64,000 nucleotides of DNA from Octopus sinensis (GCF_006345805.1 NC_042997.1:79670001-79734000); one strand, 5' to 3'; numbered from the stretch's first letter, positions 34,063 through 47,922 are shown. Notes: generated by a model not told the origin, from the sequence alone. Numbers and translations: made by a program.

Positions 34063-34200
34063 CGTATATAAGTTTCTTGTACTTTGTGTGTGAGTTCCAA
34101 TGGTATTTATAATTGGTCATTCCAAGTATAGTCTTGTAAACGCTGTTATTGGATCGAGGGTCTTTTTGAAGTGACTTAAAAGTTGGGAATGTGTTTATAA
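33130..34200 (-). mobile_element. Penelope-like element 3' part (GIY-YIG endonuclease and terminal repeat)
   Basis: SGCDHNYIGQTGKSLSRRTTLHKEQIRHPQYRQIELSEHIERC at about 33650-33800; downstream decayed hammerhead ..cac-GAAA-CCGGTA-tgc at 33322-33354. Confidence 0.85.
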
Positions 34201-35039
34201 GGTCAAATCAAAAGCAGGAAGAGAGAGAGAGAAAGGGAGAGAGAGAGAGAAAAAAAAGGGGTAGAGAGATAATAAAGAAATGAAGAGGAAGAAAGTGTAC
34301 TGGCTAGTGGTCAGTCAGGATAAATTGATAGAAAGAAAGGAGAGGTGGGGTGAGAGAAAGAGAGAAAGGGATGAGAGGGTAAAGAGTAAAGGAGTGTGAG
34401 GTATGTTGTGATAGAGCCTAAGTGAAGGGCAGAGAGAGGTGGTAGGGATAGTAAAAGGTGGAATAAAGAATTTGTGAATATAGGTTACTTAAAGGACAGT
34501 TCAGTGACGAGTAGTAGAAGAATGTATGTCTGTGAAGATGTACACACATGCATATATTCAAACATGCCTATAGACATTTACACACACCAGCACATACATA
34601 CGCATACAAAACTCATGTATGTTACATGCATTCACATATACATACGCTCATTTGTATCTAATTTGTGTATATATAAAAGCATGTATGTGAGTGTACACAC
34701 ATATACACACACACACGCATATACACGTACAGCCGCAGAGGCAGGTATGTATAAATATATCAATATCTACACATTCTCATATATAAATCCGTGCTTATAT
34801 AAAGTACCTATACCTATAATCATATATATTCATATGTACCCACTTGCATGCTTATACATACATACATGCACACGTATAAACACGCATACACATATATACG
34901 TCTGTATATACATACATACATACATACATATATATATACATACATACATACATACATACATACATACATACATACATACATACATACATACATACATACA
35001 TACATACACATACTCATATATAAATCTCTGCACACAACA

Positions 35040-36700
35040 AGGGTAAAGAGCTGCCTGTGATTGGGCTCTACAGAACCCCACAAGCACCCTTAAACTATTT
35101 CCAAGTTTGCCTCGAAAAGATCAAATTTATCCTCCTGCAATGTAACCCAGAAAATAATCTGATGATGGGCGACTTCAACCTAACCTTTGTAGACTGGCCC
35201 ACTAATATTGTTAAACCAGGAACCTTCACCTCAAGCTCAGACAAAGTAGCAGTGGAGTTACTTTTCAAATTTATGGATAATTTTTACCTGTCACAACTTG
35301 TCCATGAACCAGCCAGAAACAACCAAAGTGTCTTGGATCTAATGCTAAGCAATCATGCTAACACTATCCATAACATCACAGTGGAAAGAACCCTCCTGTC
35401 CAATCATGACATCGTACTCTGTAACCTCAATCTTCAGCATCCAAGAATTTGGCATAAATAACTAACTCCCGTGCACCCATTAAATAATATGAATTTACAC
35501 AAGTCAAACTGGAGTGCGATCACTCAAGACTTACCGCAAGTGGACTGATCCTTCACCCTTGCTTCCTCCAATACCACAACAAACACAAACGCATGGCAAC
35601 TATTTGAGGACACAGTCACCCACATATGCTCAACACACACACACCCTCACGACTCATAAACAATAGTAGATGCAGGATTCCAAAACAGAGAAAATCACTC
35701 ATCATGAGAATAAAAAGAATAAACTGAAAAGTCAATGCCCTAAAATACCACCATCAGCATCAACCCTAATTGAGAACATTAACAACCTTGGAATCAAAGA
35801 AGCAACAGCTGCAGGACTGTACGAGAACCTTCATAAACAACCAAAGAGCTGCAGAGAAAGCCTGGGCTATTAAAAACATCAAGAATAATCCTAATGTCTT
35901 TTACTCCTTTGCAAAAACACAGGACCACAGTTTACTCTATCAGCCCACTGGTTGACAGAAACAGTATCCTTCACAGTGATGCCAAAGCTGTGGCTGAAAT
36001 TCTGCAAAGTCAATACTGCTCTGTCTTCAGTGACCCTGATTCAGTTGACTCAAGCAGCTTTGCTTCCTTGAATCCTCAACATGTCCTTTCTGACACCTTC
36101 GACACCACTAATATCCTAGCAGCAATAAAAGTAATCAAACCTGATTCAGCAGTGGGTCCGGACAGGTTCTCTGCTAGAGTGCTGAAGGAATGCAGACAGC
36201 AACTTGCAGCTCATCTTGCAAATCTCTGGAGGAAATACCTTGATTTCAGCAAGGCCTTTGATAGAGTCGACCACAAATATACTGTTAAAGAAACTATCCA
36301 ACGCTGGAGTCGGTGGAAAGCTACTTCAGTAGATTAAGTATTTCCTAAGAAACAGGACCCAGCATGTTGTGATTGATGGCATCCACTCAAGACCAGCAAA
36401 AGTATTGTCTATATTCCATTGAACATAGCACCATAAAAATATTTGCAGATGACTCTAAGCTCCAGAAAGTCATTAAGAGAGCATATGATTGAACAATGCT
36501 TCAATCGGACCTTTCTTCATTGCAAATGGTCCTGCACTTTTCAATGTTATCCCAAAAGAAATTAAAGTAGAAAAAGACCGCACAACTTTCAAACTGTATC
36601 TGGACAAATTCCTCCAGGAAATAACGGATAAATCACCAACAACTGGATACGTCTCAACCAACAACAACTCTCTGCTCGAGTGATCCATGGTGTCCCGAAA
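35040..36700 (+). mobile_element. CR1-clade LINE with multiple internal deletions
   Basis: APE: IGLYRTP, MGDFNL, VLDLML, LSNHDIV; RT: IKNNPNVFYSFAK, GPDRFSARVLKECR, YLDFSKAFDRVDH, IFADDSKL; end GPALFNVIPKEIK..FK..LDKFL..I.D...GY..N.NSLLE. Confidence 0.9.
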
Positions 36701-36777
36701 TGATTAACTAAAAAACTGGGCCGATAATGGCCGAAACCAATCTAAGTTATACATACATACATACGTACATACATACA

Positions 36778-36811
<34 letters not shown>

Positions 36812-36944
36812 CCCTCTGTGGTGTCCTGTGCCTATATATGCATATGTATATACATATATATGTATGTATATACGTATATGTATGTATGCATATATATATG
36901 TATATGTATGTATGCATATATATTTATATATTATTTATATTATA

Positions 36945-37620
36945 TGATTGAACGCCACGCATCCATTTTATCTTAATAATTTTGATGTGACACTTATCCT
37001 ATCTCTTTCTGTTTCGCTTTCCCTCTCCTCTTTCGTGTCCTGTCTCTTTCTTTCTCTAATTCTTTTTATCTCCCCTTCTCCCACTTTTGTTTTTTCTCTC
37101 ATCTTTTCTCTAATTCTTTTCCTCTCCCCTTCGCCGTTCTCTGTCTGTCCCTCTCTCACCCTCACTCTCCCGCCTTTGCTCTCTCGTTGCTCGCACGTGA
37201 CCATCGGCCTTTCTTTTCCTAGCTTGAATTTCTTTCTGATCAGCCGCAGGGATAAGATGCATTCTTATCTGTCTCCTGCCAGAGCTTGTTCCTCCGCGTT
37301 CACCAACTCAACTCAACCCTTCCTGTTTGTTTTCACCGTCCTGTTTTCGTTACCAACTTTGACCCACCGCAAAATCCCAATTTTTATTTAATTTGCTTTG
37401 CGGGAGCAACTGTTTTGTCGAAAATGTATCTTGTCGTGAATTGCTCGAAATACGAAGTAGAAAAACAGCCGACAACTGATGAAGGGTCGTTTTTTTATGT
37501 TGTTTGTCTTGTTTTCCATTTGTTTCTTTCCTTGTTCGCAAAAAGAAGTTCGTATTCCATGTTTTCGTATTTCGTATTTCATGTTGTTTTCGTAATTCCT
37601 GTTGTTTACGTTATGTGGTG
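36945..37620 (+). mobile_element. Non-coding Penelope-associated repeat (same family as 28980-29790)
   Basis: Shared start attgaacgccacgcatccattt and gctcgcacgtgaccatcg. Confidence 0.55.
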
Positions 37621-37650
37621 TCTTGTGCCCATATATGTATGTATATATAC

Positions 37651-37685
<35 letters not shown>

Positions 37686-37750
37686 TGTATGTATGTATGC
37701 ATACATATTTATATGTTATTTATATTATTATTACTATTATATATAATATG

Positions 37751-38422
37751 CATGTATCTCCCCTACGAACATGTATCTCCAATACGAACAGATGGTGAAC
37801 ACACAGAACAACCGTTGGCTCGCTGTGTCCCCAAAACATATACCGAGAGTGATAAAAATCAAACATACATTCAACATCATGGTGTTTGGAGTGATCACTA
37901 GTGATGGCGACATTATACCTCCATTCATCTTCTCACATGGCTCAGACTCAACACGGAGGGTTACATCAGGTGCGTGGAGGAGGTGGCACTCCCCTGGGTC
38001 AAGAGGGTGGCTGCTGGAAAACCCTATGTCTGGCAACAGGACTCTGCACCATGCCAGACAAGCAGGAGAACCCAGTCATAGTTTCAGACAATTTCTGCGA
38101 CTACATCACCCTTAACATCTAGCCACCTAACTCCCCAGACTGCAACCCCCTTGATTATTATGTGTAGGGCGCAGTTGAGTGAGAGACAAAACTCCTTGTA
38201 ACAACAAAGATGAACTGAAGGCAAGGGTTAAGGCAGTATTCATCAACCTAAGCAAGGTGACCGTCCAGAAGAGTTGCAGGAGATTCCGAAGTCGTCTGGC
38301 GAATGGCGATTTTATTAAATAAATTTTCGTTTTAGTATTTCAAGATATTTTTATGTAATTTTGGTAATATATCTTTTAAAATGAATTGTTAGTGTTATTT
38401 TCATTTTTCACCGCACTTTGTG
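37751..38422 (+). mobile_element. Tc1/mariner DD37D (maT/Bmmar1-type) element, 3' half
   Basis: QNNRWLA..K..NIMVFGVITSDG.IIPPFIF..PYVWQQDSAPC..NFCDYITLNI*PPNSPDCNPLDYYV; 37 residues between the second and third D after frame repair; terminal ttttcaccgcactttgtg followed by TA. Confidence 0.85.
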
Positions 38423-38430
38423 TATGTGTG

Positions 38431-39100
<670 letters not shown>

Positions 39101-39104
39101 ATAC

Positions 39105-39155
<51 letters not shown>

Positions 39156-39299
39156 TAAAATATTCATATATATATATAAAGTATGCATATATACATACAT
39201 ATATATACACATATATGTGTGTGTTCATTTATAATAGTGAAGCTTCATAACTGACTTCAAGGGCCTAAAATTTCATCCTGAGCACTTATCAAAAATGAG

Positions 39300-39369
<70 letters not shown>

Positions 39370-40559
39370 ATAATGATGATGAATACTTTACATTTTGAAG
39401 TTGAGTTCTTTCCGCTGCTACTCCAATATTCCAACATTCTCGACTATATGTGTTCGTTTGATCCCAGGATTTTAATTTTTCAGAATTAACCACATATGCT
39501 CAATGAATTTTAGCCTTCTCTGATTGGATAATGTGACTTTAGAGAAGACGCATGAAAAGAGATGGAATGTCAAAACTTGAGCGCTTTTTATTTAGATCTG
39601 CTCTTCATTGTTGATCTTAGGTTAAACAACATGGTATTCCAAACAGAATCGCTTCTTTATCTCTTTCCTTTCCTTTTCTCCACTGTTCTCAAACATGCAA
39701 GTGTCAGCCGCTTTGAAAATTCTGTAACTACGCAACCCGTCATAACCACGTTTTGTCTATTGTTTAAAGATATTGTATCTTCTGCATAAAACTTGCCTTC
39801 TGCATAAAGGACATACAGTTAAGTGCTGGTTGCTTTACTTTATGTGTTGAGACGAAAAGAATGTTTCAATTATAACTGCAATGAGAAGAAAATTCATTGG
39901 TGTTAATGAAAATCACTCTCAAAAATGATAACGGAGGAACATCCCAAAATTTTAATCAAGCTAAAATTAAATAAAGATAAGCAGGAGCGTGGGAGTCTGG
40001 TATCTGACTGCCATAATTATTTGGTCTTATTTGTAGACCTCCTCGGCGAAGTACAATAACTCTAACTACTAAAATCTCAGAACTATTAACAAGTACGTGG
40101 GGATATCAAAATAATGACATTGGAAAATTTGCTAACAATCTGCAATCATTTCTTTGTCTAAAGCATCTTACTTCCCACTTTCATTCGACCTGGACTAATC
40201 AAATATTTCCTTAGGTGATTTAACTTTACAATCACGAACAATTCTTTTGCACTTCTTTCTCCCTTGTATAGTCTCGGGAGTCTAATACTATAGTAACGAG
40301 ATATAAAAAAACCGGTATGGGCCTGCATCAGAAACAGATAGTCAAAACAGAACATTTATTGTCAATATGGGTGTTTAAATATATTTTAGTTAAAACGCAT
40401 GGCATTCTCTTTTTCTCTCTCTGCTTTTCTCCTCTTCCTCTCTCCATCTCTCTTTCCCTCTCTCTTTCTCTCTCTCCTCTTCCTTTCTCTATCTTTCTCT
40501 ATTTGTTTCTTTTTTGGGGAACAGAAGGTCTGCACCCAAAGTATTGGGCTTCTTGCTTT

Positions 40560-40720
40560 TCTGTAATTATGTTTATTCACGACACCACAATTCCTCTCAA
40601 CACCATTGAGAATCGCCACTCGCTGGGTGATCGTTTTCGTGAATATTTTCGAAATATTACTAACAGCAGGCAGGATGTCGGAAAACATGAGACCAAATGT
40701 TTTAATTAAAAACATCATAA
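40560..40720 (+). mobile_element. Penelope-like GIY-YIG relic
   Basis: ENRHSLGDRFREYFRNI...KCFN resembles GETGRRLGDRFREH..V.RHFN. Confidence 0.55.
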
Positions 40721-41729
40721 AGACTACTCAAATTGCTGATCAAAAGAACGAGTTGATGAAACACATAAAAAAATAAGAAAACAGAAAGTAAAATAGTGTC
40801 GGTATTGGTGACAGAAATATATTTCCTCAAAAGAGAATTAATAAAGCACTTCCGTTGAAGACAACACTAGAAGGTTCATAAGATTTCTTTTGGGATGTGG
40901 AAGCCTTTAAAATGTCACCAAATCTTGTTTCTTAGAAGAGCTTTCCATAAAACATAATTAGATTTGTTATTCAACTACATGTAAGTTGGGATGTCAGTGC
41001 TAATGAATATGCTCTGAAATTCGAAAGAAGAAATGCTGCGCGCTGAGTTCGAGCGATAAAGTCGCTTCACAGCAGCTAAACTGTTGTACATTCTCTGTTG
41101 GACCGGGAGTGACTAAAAGTATCCGATCGAGTAGTACAAGGTTTTCGGACAACATTTCACTGAGCTGTTTAAAGAAAGGATCGAATATGTGATCATAGAC
41201 TTCCTACAGCTCCTCCTTTTGACAGCGGATGCAGAATAATGTGAGAAACCGACTGCTTACAATAAAACTTATGTGGGCGGCAGCGTTAACAGCAAGTCTC
41301 CTGAATTGGAAGATCTACTCAACAAATCCTATTATCAATTCTATTCAACAAATCTTACTATCGAGGCCAGACTTGTTGGTTCCCAACTTTGACAATATTT
41401 ATCTGGCAGCTGATTGAGAGCTTTCCCAGTCGTGTAAGCCAAAATGTGGCAACGTTACTAAGAAAGAATGTAAACAAAACGGACAGATTAGATACCATTG
41501 TGCCCCATAAGTCAAGTAGACACGGATTTGAAGAATTCGTCTAAAGTACTCGTTAAGAAGTTGGGATTTATTCTCGGTGAGATTTGTGGATCGGCGAAGC
41601 TTCTGAACTTCCGAATATGTCCTTTTTTCCTTCCGTGCCTTAAGCGAGAAGAGAAAAAACAGAAAACAAAAGGCTGTCCTAATCGCAAATATATAAAATT
41701 TCAACGAGGTAGAAACCTCAGTGGGTAGC

Positions 41730-41880
41730 CACCCACTACCACCACCGCCGCCACTACACCACCGCCGCCACCACTACACCACCTACGCCGCCACTACACC
41801 ACTGACGCCGCCACTACACCACCGCCGCCACACCACCACCACCGCCACCACCACACCACCGCCGCCGCCAAAACCACTAC
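41730..41880. repeat. CCA/CCG-rich minisatellite (ccgccactacaccac-type units)
   Basis: Direct reading. Confidence 0.85.
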
Positions 41881-42229
41881 CACGGCAAGAATATCCAAAT
41901 CTGAATCCGCACAAATAATAAAAACAAGAAAACACGCAATTACTGCAAAAACCATCAAAAGAAACAACAGCAGTAGCAATAACAGCGACACTAACAGCAC
42001 AAACACGAACGGCCAATTCTCATTCCCCGCATTGTGAGTAGAAAGTACAATGAATTTGAGTGCATAGAACCACAAATATAAAGTTAGTCTCAAAATCTCC
42101 ACCGAAAAGACTTCTGCTGAAAATCCCATCAGACTATATAAGTCGCTAAAGAAAATAATTCCAGTTTGATGTCAGAACGTTTCGAATTAGAGCGAGCAAA
42201 AAATTTTGGAGCGGTCTTTCAAGGAACGC

Positions 42230-42341
<112 letters not shown>

Positions 42342-42439
42342 ACGCGACTGTCAAGACCGAATTGACTCTCCTTGTCCAAGAACAAGGTGACTTCTGTCTT
42401 TGTTCCGACATGATGGTTATATACCGAGTACAATATATG

Positions 42440-43090
42440 TATTTTTGCCTTGGATGTAAGGATACTTTTTAATGACCTCATGTTGCTACTGATAATTTAT
42501 CGTGTGAACACACGATAAACTCTTAATGTGGTTATTCAGCATTAGAAAGGTTTACATCTCGATGTACGGACAGTTATCCCGGATCCGGATAATAAACCGG
42601 TAGTGGTAGAAGTGAACAAAAGTGAGGGCTATGCTTTAGACAAGTGGACATTTAAGCCCGACCGTAGAAGAGTGATCGGATTTTTTCCGAATCAATGTGT
42701 GTACTCTAAAACATAAAAGAGCAAAGCTATTCCATAGTTCCAAGTGTTAGGAGCTCAACGTGGTAACAATGCCACAATTTGATGTATGACAGACCGGGAT
42801 GGGTGCATGTTAGTCGGTTCCAAGTAACTGTGCCCAATTTTCCAACGGCACTTTGCTCAGCTGATTGGAGTCGAGAGGTGGAGCAGAGATGATAGTTGAA
42901 TTTAGCTAGCTCCAGCCTACGATTTACTGCGACTCTTGGCAAAAGACGTGAAGTGCTAAGCTGATCGCAGCAACTAAGATATTTTCGGAGAAGTGGTTGT
43001 ATGAGGAGTAAATCACCTGTTTTGGATGGTCTGTCCTACGAGCTTTACATATTCTTATGTGCCAGACTTACTAACTTGCGACTTATATAC
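42440..43090 (+). mobile_element. Older, internally deleted copy of the Tx1-like LINE family
   Basis: HLDVRTVIPDPD..VV.V aligns to 51810-51860; 42830-43070 aligns to 52765-52990 (KSPVLDGLSYELY versus KSPGLDGLPYELY). Confidence 0.65.
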
Positions 43091-43594
43091 TGTTCTTTTC
43101 TCTGTAGACGGTGGTCGTAGTGTGTGTTTACGTGCATATGAGAATGAGTGCTCGTATATTCAAAGATATAAAACCTGTTTATTTCGTTTATGCAAAATAG
43201 CACTACACATACACGCATATCGGAAACTAAGTCGTAAATAAACACCTGACTTTTCTCACCCACGTTTGTGTGCTATAAATAGCATTATATTCTTGATCAC
43301 GTTTCTTCAGCAGATTCCAAACTACACGTGTATGTTATACGATAAACAGCTGACATTTTCTTTTGAATGTGAGTTTGATTTATAGATTTTTTAAAAACTA
43401 GCTGCCATATATTTCGAGAGGAAAATCCTTCACTTTCGACGGAAAAATACTCACTTCACCATGCCTCTTACACAATTTGTGTGTGTGTGTGTGTGTGTGC
43501 GTGCTTTCCGTTTTTTTGTCTTCTGCAATTGTTGAGAGAAACTTCGATAGGCAGCAGCTGTTTTGCCTGTCCGATTTTTACCCTTGAGGAGAGT

Positions 43595-45698
43595 GGATAA
43601 CTGGAAATTCTAGAGCTAATACATGCAACCGAAGCTGCGATCGCAGGTCGCACCCATGCGTTTGGCCGAAAAATGGCGTTCAGCAGCCGTCGCTCGCGCC
43701 GGCAGCCGTTCAGCTAGTCCAGGGCAGTGCACCCGCGCTCGCCCTCTCACCCTGGTTGCGACGATGCGGTCCGGTTTCCGCATTGGTCACGGCGCAAATA
43801 TCAGACTGAGACCGACGCGTACGGGCCGTCCCAGCAGCCGCCACGTCCGCGCGCGGATCGAGGCGGTTTCACGCCCTTCAGTTTTGGTGATGCTAGATAA
43901 CTCAGTACGAACGTACGGGCTAGTATTGAGTAGCTTTCGCATGACGAGTCCTCCACGAGTCTGTCCTATCAACTGTCGACGGCCCGGTAAATGCCGACCG
44001 GAGTGGCATATAGGTAACGGGAAATCAGGATTCGATTCCCGAGTGGGATCATGCCAAAAAGCTACCACATCCAAGGAAGGCAGCAAGTGCGCAAATTACC
44101 CTTCCCGGCGCGAGGAGGTAGTGACGAAAAATATCGATGCGGGACTCTGTCGAGGCCTCGCGATCGGAATGAGTACACTTAAAATCCGTTAATGAGGATC
44201 GACCGGGGAGCAAGTTTGATGCTAGTAGCCGCGGTAATTCTAGCTCCGGTAGCGTATTAAAATTGTTGCGTCGGAATTCGGGTCTCAAAAGTGTACCCCA
44301 GCAAGTTTGGGGCGACGGCGCCGTCACGGGCGCACCCTCGGTCTCCGGCCCTATTCGCCGGTGCGACCGCAGTCGAGCCACAGAGCTCTGCGTGCAGCGC
44401 CACCACGTTGGCTGTCCTGCCTTGTCTTTGCCCGTCCGGTTTTACGCTCGCGCGGCGTCGCTCCGGCGGTGCGGATGTCACGAAGCAGGTGTTGTCGGGG
44501 GTCGCCGTCCGCATTGCGGTAGCACGTCCACCTCCCGGTCCTTTCAGCCGCACGGTTCTTCTGAGGATGTTCTTCGCCGAGTGTCTGAGGTGACCGGTGC
44601 GTTCACTGTAAAAAAATTGTTCAGAGCGACTCCCGGCGGCTGGCGTACGAAAAGCATAGAATGATAGAAAATGGCCTCGTCCGCGCGTCATCCGCCGGTC
44701 TCCGTTCACGACGAGGCAATGATCGAAGGGAGCGTATTGCGACGTTATAGGGTAAATTCTTGGATCGTTGCAAGAGACACTGCAGCGATAGCATGTGGCA
44801 AGCACGTTTTCTTTGATCAAGAGCGAAAGTCAGAGGATCGAAGACGATCAGATACCGCCATAGTTCCGACCGTAAACGATGCTGTCATCGAAGCGTTCAC
44901 TTCGATTACCCAGCGGGGAGGCTGCATGGGGTACCATTGTTGGTTCCGAGGGGAGAATGGTTGCAAAGCAGGTACTTAAAGAAATTGACGAAAGAGCATC
45001 ACCAGGAATTAAGCCTGTGGCTTGATTTGACTCAACACCGGAGAACTCACCCGGTCCAAGAACCGGTAGGATTGACAGATCGATAGCTCTTTCTCGATCC
45101 GGTGGGTGGTGTTGCTTGGCCGTTTTTAGTTGGTGGAGCGATCCGTCTGGTTGATTCCGATAACGAACGAGACTCCGGCCTGCTAACTTTCACATCGATT
45201 AGTGCTTTTCCGGTAACGCAGCAACGCTGAAGCCATTGTCGGTAGCTCCGCGCGCCACCCGGGCTTGTCGTTGCCACTGCTCTCTTTCGCGTCAGGCGCT
45301 GCGACCAAGTCCGGCTGCCGCCACTTCGCGGGGCGGTCGCGGGAAATTAGCGGCGTCGGTTGCGGAGCAACGGCGGTGATCCGGTCGGCTCGGCCCACTC
45401 AAGCCCTGCAGCGGCACGACGTCGCGTCCGTGCCAGTCGGTTGGCGAACGCAGCGCTTTAAGAAGCGCTGCGTTGAGGAATCGGGCGGCAGAAATCCGCA
45501 CGAAGCGAGCGATAACAGGTCTGTGATGTCCGAGGCCACACGCACGCTACACTGGAAGTATCAGCAGGCGCGTCTTCCCCGGCCCTAGAGGGTCGGGAAA
45601 CCTCTGAACCGGTAATAATGATCGGGGCTTGGAACCAACCCCGTGAACGAGGAAATCCCAGCAATCACGAGTCATCAGCCTGCATCGATCAGTTCCTC

Positions 45699-45734
<36 letters not shown>

Positions 45735-45909
45735 AACAGTCCGGTGAGGTCCTCGTATCTGGCCGACGAGTCCACTTATGCGAGGTGGGGTTCCGCGCTG
45801 TCATCGAAGCGTTCTCTGATGGCTCGGAGTAGACTACCGAACCCGATTGCTTAGAGGAAGTAAAAGTCGTTACAAAGTTTCCGTACGTGAACCTGCGGAA
45901 GGATCATTA
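43595..45909 (+). pseudogene. 18S: 18S rRNA pseudogene (orphon), 5'-truncated, with long GC-rich expansion segments
   Basis: Conserved 18S blocks in order (ctagagctaatacatgc; gctaccacatccaaggaaggcagc; gccgcggtaatt; gataccgcc.tagttcc; atttgactcaacac; ttgtacacaccgcccgtcgctactaccgattgaa; gaacctgcggaaggatcatta). Many universally conserved positions are mutated, mostly C>T and G>A; roughly the first 140 nt are absent. Confidence 0.93.
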
Positions 45910-46274
45910 CTGCTTCGACGGCTCGCTCACTGATGACGACCATTCCGATCCGTCCAACATCGCTGCCGCCGGGACCTCACATCTTCTTGGCTCTCTAACA
46001 GTGCAGTGCTAGAGCGTCGGCTGCCGCCGCTTATACGCCCTCCTCATCACGTTCTTCTCGCAGCCGTCCGCACGCTGCCGACCGCGCATGTCCTCTTTCG
46101 CCGGCGCCCGCCCAACAAAAGCTCGCACAGCCGACGGCGCCGCACACTATACAGCTTCACGATCGTTCATTTTTGTGTCTATCTTCTTTCTTTCCTCTCC
46201 CGCCTCCGCTGGGTCCTTGCCGTCTATTTTTGCTCGGCCGTCGCACGAGTGGCTACAGTCGTGCGCAGGACCAC
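45910..46274 (+). other. Partial ITS1 of the rDNA orphon (no 5.8S)
   Basis: GC-rich sequence directly after the 18S 3' end, ending abruptly at a LINE fragment. Confidence 0.75.
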
Positions 46275-47870
46275 TGTCTAGCTTTGCTAATTCAATTTTT
46301 GTCCAATATGCAAAAGCTGCTGAGTACCTAAGTAAGGATACTGCTCAAGTATTTACAGCTTTGATTTCATTGGCTTCCTTAACCTTCTGATGTATTTCTT
46401 CTCAATTTTCGTTATCATTTCTATAGTTAGTATTCTGTCAGATTCTAATACTCCTAGATACCAATAACTTTCTCCTTTTTTAATGATTTTAATGTCTCGC
46501 CATCTGGTAATTGCATGCCTTCATTATTAACTTCCGGTCCTCTTTTTCATAACTAATATTGCACATTTATTTATGCCAAATTCCATGCCTGTATCTTTGC
46601 TTAAGGGTCTTACAGTCTGTATTAAGGAATCTATTACTTTTTCATTCTTATTAAAAAGCTTCAGATCATCCATGTAGAGCAAATGGTTCATTTTCCCCTT
46701 ACTATTTCTGAACCGATATCCTGCCTTTGCCTTCCTTAATAATAAACAGTGGGGGGGGGGGGTCAAACATAAGACAAATATTAAAGGGGATAACGAGTCT
46801 CCTTGGAAAATTCCTCTCTTAATATTAACTTTCCCTAAGACCGTGAACCTGAGTATAGATCGACTTTCTATTTCTTCATGCTACAGCTAATTAATTCTCT
46901 TATATTGTCTGCAATACTGAATATACTCGGACATTCACTTATCCACGAGTGTAGGATCATACCATAGGCTATTTTGTAATCTATCCATGCTATTGTTAGA
47001 TTTTTCTTTCTAGCTATTACTTAAATTAGAACTGCTATGTCTATGTATAATAGATCATGCGTTCTTCAAGCCTTCTTCCTACAATATTTCTGTTCTTCTG
47101 CATTAGGTATCTCATCTTCAATACTTTCTTCTCCCCTATTTATTTGGTTATAGAGTCTCCTCTGATCTGTCTCAAATAATCTATTCTGTTGATTCTGATT
47201 TCTTCTTTACTGATATCTGAAAAGCTTTCCTGCCACTATTATGATATGCTGTTTCAACTCTTCTATGACTGTTGTCCTAAATCCCTTCTCTTTGACTAAG
47301 TATATTTTCTCAGGAGAAGATTTAAATCTTGTGTTACATAACTTGTTTAGTTTCCAGGCTTCTATTCTACTCAGGTCTTGTCTTAAAGTCGTCATTTTAT
47401 TTTGTAATCTCCTTTTCCACATTTGCTCTTTTCGAATCTTTCTTTGTGTAATACCTAATCTTCTAGTAACTACTACTCCTCCTGCATAGATCAATAAGTT
47501 AGTGTCTCCTGTATTTTTAGTATCTATCCTACTGATAACAGAATCTACTTTCCTAGTCATATATAGCAACTTCCTTCTGTTGGTACCTTTTAATGCTGGC
47601 AATTTTTTCTTACTTCTTTACTCATTACTTCCTGCAACTCATCAAAAACTTTTCAGATCTTCATCACTTTAATAACTTAAATCGCTGGTGACAGTTGTTC
47701 TTTCCTTATTGGTAGTGCTATTATTACTTTTTCTTTTAGTTCTTCTTTGGTTTGAGCTGTGTCTCTTATGTTGTTGTTTGTCTTTCCCACTGCCTGGTCT
47801 TTCTTTCCTTATTCCCTTGTAATCTCTTTCACCAATTCTGTCATCCACTTTCTTCTCTAAATAGCATTAG
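46275..47870 (-). mobile_element. R4/Dong-type LINE relic (N-terminus to RT thumb, with deletions)
   Basis: LPALKGTNRRKL..IDTKNTGDTNLLIYAG..WKRRLQNK; MNHLLYMDDLKLF; MEFGINKCAIL; Y.YLGVLE; AVNT*AVSLLRYSAAF..WTKIELAKLD. Confidence 0.88.
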
Positions 47871-47887
47871 CTATTATTAATTCTTCT

Positions 47888-47922
47888 CTTAATAACATTA
47901 GCTATTATTATTATCATTATTA

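Noticed and set aside
37471-37520. CTGATGA hammerhead cores here and at 15010, 38814-38820 (minus) and 63680
   Set aside because: No correctly placed stem II, GAAA and stem III downstream; at most heavily decayed remnants.
39990-40150. APE endonuclease relic (GLICRPP)
   Set aside because: A single short motif with no supporting downstream blocks.
41721-41918. Proline/histidine-rich protein
   Set aside because: Translation of a CCA/CCG minisatellite.
43623-45854. Many 100-190 aa ORFs on both strands within the 18S region
   Set aside because: Shadow ORFs of GC-rich rRNA sequence with no protein motifs.
43595-45909. Functional 18S rRNA gene
   Set aside because: Missing 5' end, no 5.8S or 28S, and mutations in universally conserved motifs.
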